From: Verrucomicrobiota bacterium
GTDB taxonomy: Bacteria > Verrucomicrobiota > Verrucomicrobiia > Limisphaerales > UBA9464
Assembly: GCA_025354845.1 (NCBI GenBank)
Contig: JANXMD010000748.1
Span: 1 to 33,503, forward strand
DNA length: 33,503 nucleotides
Reading direction: 5' to 3'
How positions within the stretch are numbered: the stretch's first letter is position 1; each line of letters starts with the position of its first letter. Shown here piece by piece: positions 31,550-33,503 of the stretch. Under the pieces are notes generated by a model. The model ran no database searches. It worked only from the letters and a program-made list of their open reading frames with translations, and was not told where the DNA came from. Made by a program: the position numbers and the translations under genes.

Positions 31550-33503
31550 TTAGGGGGCCTCGGGTGCCACGACCAGCCGGTAAAAACGCTGACCGATCGC
31601 GGCGGATTCCTCGACACGGATGAACGCACCGGTGGGACGGCTTGGCGACTGATAGATCGTGGTCCACGCGCCGCCGAGAGCGTCCGAGGACTCCAGCAAA
31701 TGGGTTCGACCGGCGGCTTCATTGAATTCGATTCGGATCCCGCCGCCGGTCAACGGAGTCACCACGGGCCGCAGGACGCTGGAGGCGCTCTTGGGATCGG
31801 TGCCGGCGATGAATTCCTCCAAGTTCGATCGACCGTCGCCGTCGGAATCGAGTAGCGCGTCCGCCGGGTTCTTGGGATCCAGACCCTGGGCCAGCTCCCA
31901 GGCATCAGCGAGGCCATCGCCGTCTGCATCTTCCAGATTCGACTGACCGGGAGTGTTCAATTTGACGAAAACCACAACGTTGGTCGAGCCGTCGGGCAGG
32001 CGGCCGGAGGAGGCATCCGCGGCTTGGGCGCCAAACGAGATGGCGTCGATCTGTCCGCCGTCAGGCGCGAAGAGTCCAATGGATTCCCCCTTTGCGCTCA
32101 GCTTGAAATTGAGATGATTTGCCCCCTTGCTCGGGTGCCCGTCCGCTTGGAAGAGGGCGAATCCGTGGGGCCCGCCGCCGATGAAGGAGAGCGCGGGAAG
32201 GGTGTTCTGGGTGCGATTGAGAAGGTCGCCGGTGAGATGGAATCCCGAGATGTCGACCGGTTGAACGGCCGGGTTGAAGAGTTCGAACCAATCGTCCCCC
32301 TGCGAGGGATTGGCCATCCATTCGTTGATGCGGAGTCCGTCGGCGCTGGCGAGCTGCATGGCGCGATTGGCGCCGGCCGGCGTGGGCGCGGTGAGACTCC
32401 AGGACCCGATGCCGTCAGGGATGCGACCGATGCTCAGGTCCGCAGGTTGTAATCCGTAGCTCACGGAATCGAGCACGGCGGAACCGCGGGAGTCGACGTC
32501 GAGCAGCCAGACGCTGCCACCGCTTTTCGAAAGGCCAAACGCCGCGTTGGTGGATGAGGATTGCAGCTCAGGGCGGCATAGGACTCGGAGAAAGGCCCCA
32601 CCTTCCAATCGGGTTCCCCCGACGAAACTGAAGCGTCGCCCCAGTGCCAAGTCGTCGGTCAATCCCAGGCCACCCAGATCGACCGGCTTCGTGGTGGGGT
32701 TGTGGAGTTCGATCCAATCCGGATAAGAGCTGTCGCTGACCTCGACCAGGCTATAGTTGTGAGCGAGCACTTCGTTGAGCACTACCGCACCCACGGTGGG
32801 TGGGACCGCGTTGGTGACAGTGAGCGTGGCGCTCAGCACGGTTCCGAAAACGATGTCGGAGCTGGCCGCGGCCGATTGGTGCACCTCAACGGCGAGGGTG
32901 TTCTCACCCAATTGCAGCAGGTCGGCCGGGAGGTCGAAGGGGCCTTCGTAGGCCGCGTTGTCCACCGTCCGATTGGCAAAGGTTGATTCGGCGACCGTGC
33001 CAGCCGCCATGCCCACACGGGTCCATTCGCGGCCGTTCAGCCAGAAGACGGCACCGTCGTCGATCACCGGATGCAGCTGCAGTCGCACCCCGGCGGTATT
33101 GGTCGGGAAGGTAAACTTGGTTCGGAAGTAGTACGTCACCTTGCCCAGGGTGAGGGCGGTGTTTTTCAGGGCGGGCAGGTCGGAGTCTTCATGAAAGAGA
33201 AGCGCGGGTCCGGTCGGCCATCGCGCATCGTTGAAGTTAGTGCCCTGCCAGCCCGCGCCTGGAGCGCCGGTCTGCCAGTAGCTCCAGGTGTTGGTGATTG
33301 AAAGCAGCGGAAAGGTGAGAGTGGTCACGTTGGTGCCGCCCGGAGTCACCGTTCCGGAATTGGCCCCGCCCGGAGACGGTTGCGCGAGTGCCGTGATAGT
33401 CGATCCCCCGTTCGGTGAGCGGCCGGTCGACACATCATTCGTCTGAGGCCCGTAGACCACCGCGTCGATTGACAGCAGAGAGGCGTCACTGAGGAACAGC
33501 GCG
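31550..33503 (-). CDS. large secreted LTD-repeat protein with acidic DxDxDG calcium-binding-type repeats; the N-terminus lies beyond the window
   Basis: The reading frame stays open upstream of the GTG at 33460 to the window end (...ALFLSDASLLSIDAVVYGPQ). LTD openings are VVLNEVLAHN...YPDWIELHNPTTKPVDLGGLGLTDD and LRINEWMANPSQGDDWFELFNPAVQPVDISGFHLTGD. An acidic repeat DADGDGLADAWELAQGLDPKNPADALLDSDGDGRSNLEEF is also present. Confidence 0.8.
   Translation of the reverse strand, partial: ALFLSDASLLSIDAVVYGPQTNDVSTGRSPNGGSTITALAQPSPGGANSGTVTPGGTNVTTLTFPLLSITNTWSYWQTGAPGAGWQGTNFNDARWPTGPALLFHEDSDLPALKNTALTLGKVTYYFRTKFTFPTNTAGVRLQLHPVIDDGAVFWLNGREWTRVGMAAGTVAESTFANRTVDNAAYEGPFDLPADLLQLGENTLAVEVHQSAAASSDIVFGTVLSATLTVTNAVPPTVGAVVLNEVLAHNYSLVEVSDSSYPDWIELHNPTTKPVDLGGLGLTDDLALGRRFSFVGGTRLEGGAFLRVLCRPELQSSSTNAAFGLSKSGGSVWLLDVDSRGSAVLDSVSYGLQPADLSIGRIPDGIGSWSLTAPTPAGANRAMQLASADGLRINEWMANPSQGDDWFELFNPAVQPVDISGFHLTGDLLNRTQNTLPALSFIGGGPHGFALFQADGHPSKGANHLNFKLSAKGESIGLFAPDGGQIDAISFGAQAADASSGRLPDGSTNVVVFVKLNTPGQSNLEDADGDGLADAWELAQGLDPKNPADALLDSDGDGRSNLEEFIAGTDPKSASSVLRPVVTPLTGGGIRIEFNEAAGRTHLLESSDALGGAWTTIYQSPSRPTGAFIRVEESAAIGQRFYRLVVAPEAP

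Noticed and set aside
1-33503. Scan for CRISPR arrays, long tandem or inverted repeats, and rRNA genes
   Set aside because: I saw no regularly spaced direct repeats and no rRNA-like sequence. The only notable DNA-level repeat is the paralogous exbD 5' segment (4651-4716 versus 5127-5192), which gene duplication explains.

Overview
High-GC bacterial chromosomal window. The gene content points to the PVC superphylum, most likely Verrucomicrobiota: LL-DAP aminotransferase DapL, a PSCyt/DUF1549/DUF1553 protein and a DUF1501 protein, a PEP-CTERM protein with an exosortase, and lamin-tail-domain proteins. I call 25 protein-coding genes (two run off the window edges) and one tRNA-Gly(UCC). I also call two clear intrinsic terminators and one tentative promoter. 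In order: serS (partial), PiT phosphate transporter and its DUF47 partner, then tonB-exbB-exbD-exbD followed by a PQQ-like beta-propeller. Next come rex and a 950-aa PSCyt/DUF1549/DUF1553 protein, then a plus-strand operon of exosortase-EpsI fusion, TPR protein, PLDc_N-TPR membrane protein and a 2xHKD phospholipase-D-family enzyme. After that: an orphan fused ABC permease, tRNA-Gly, a small tail-anchored membrane protein, a 1143-aa four-module fusion, dapL and DUF1501. The window ends with a monocistronic CHRD-like PEP-CTERM protein, an S8 protease lipoprotein, aroE overlapping a prepilin peptidase, and two tandem LTD proteins. I found no CRISPR array, transposase, integrase or recognisable defence genes. 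The best candidate for something undescribed is the 1143-aa ORF at 18424-21855. It fuses 2-oxoacid dehydrogenase E1-alpha, E1-beta, a lipoyl domain and a FabH-type KAS III, with no E2 acyltransferase core. The second candidate is the exosortase operon that ends in a split cardiolipin-synthase/PssA-like PLD enzyme. All calls rest on reading the supplied translations and the DNA by eye; no database search was run.
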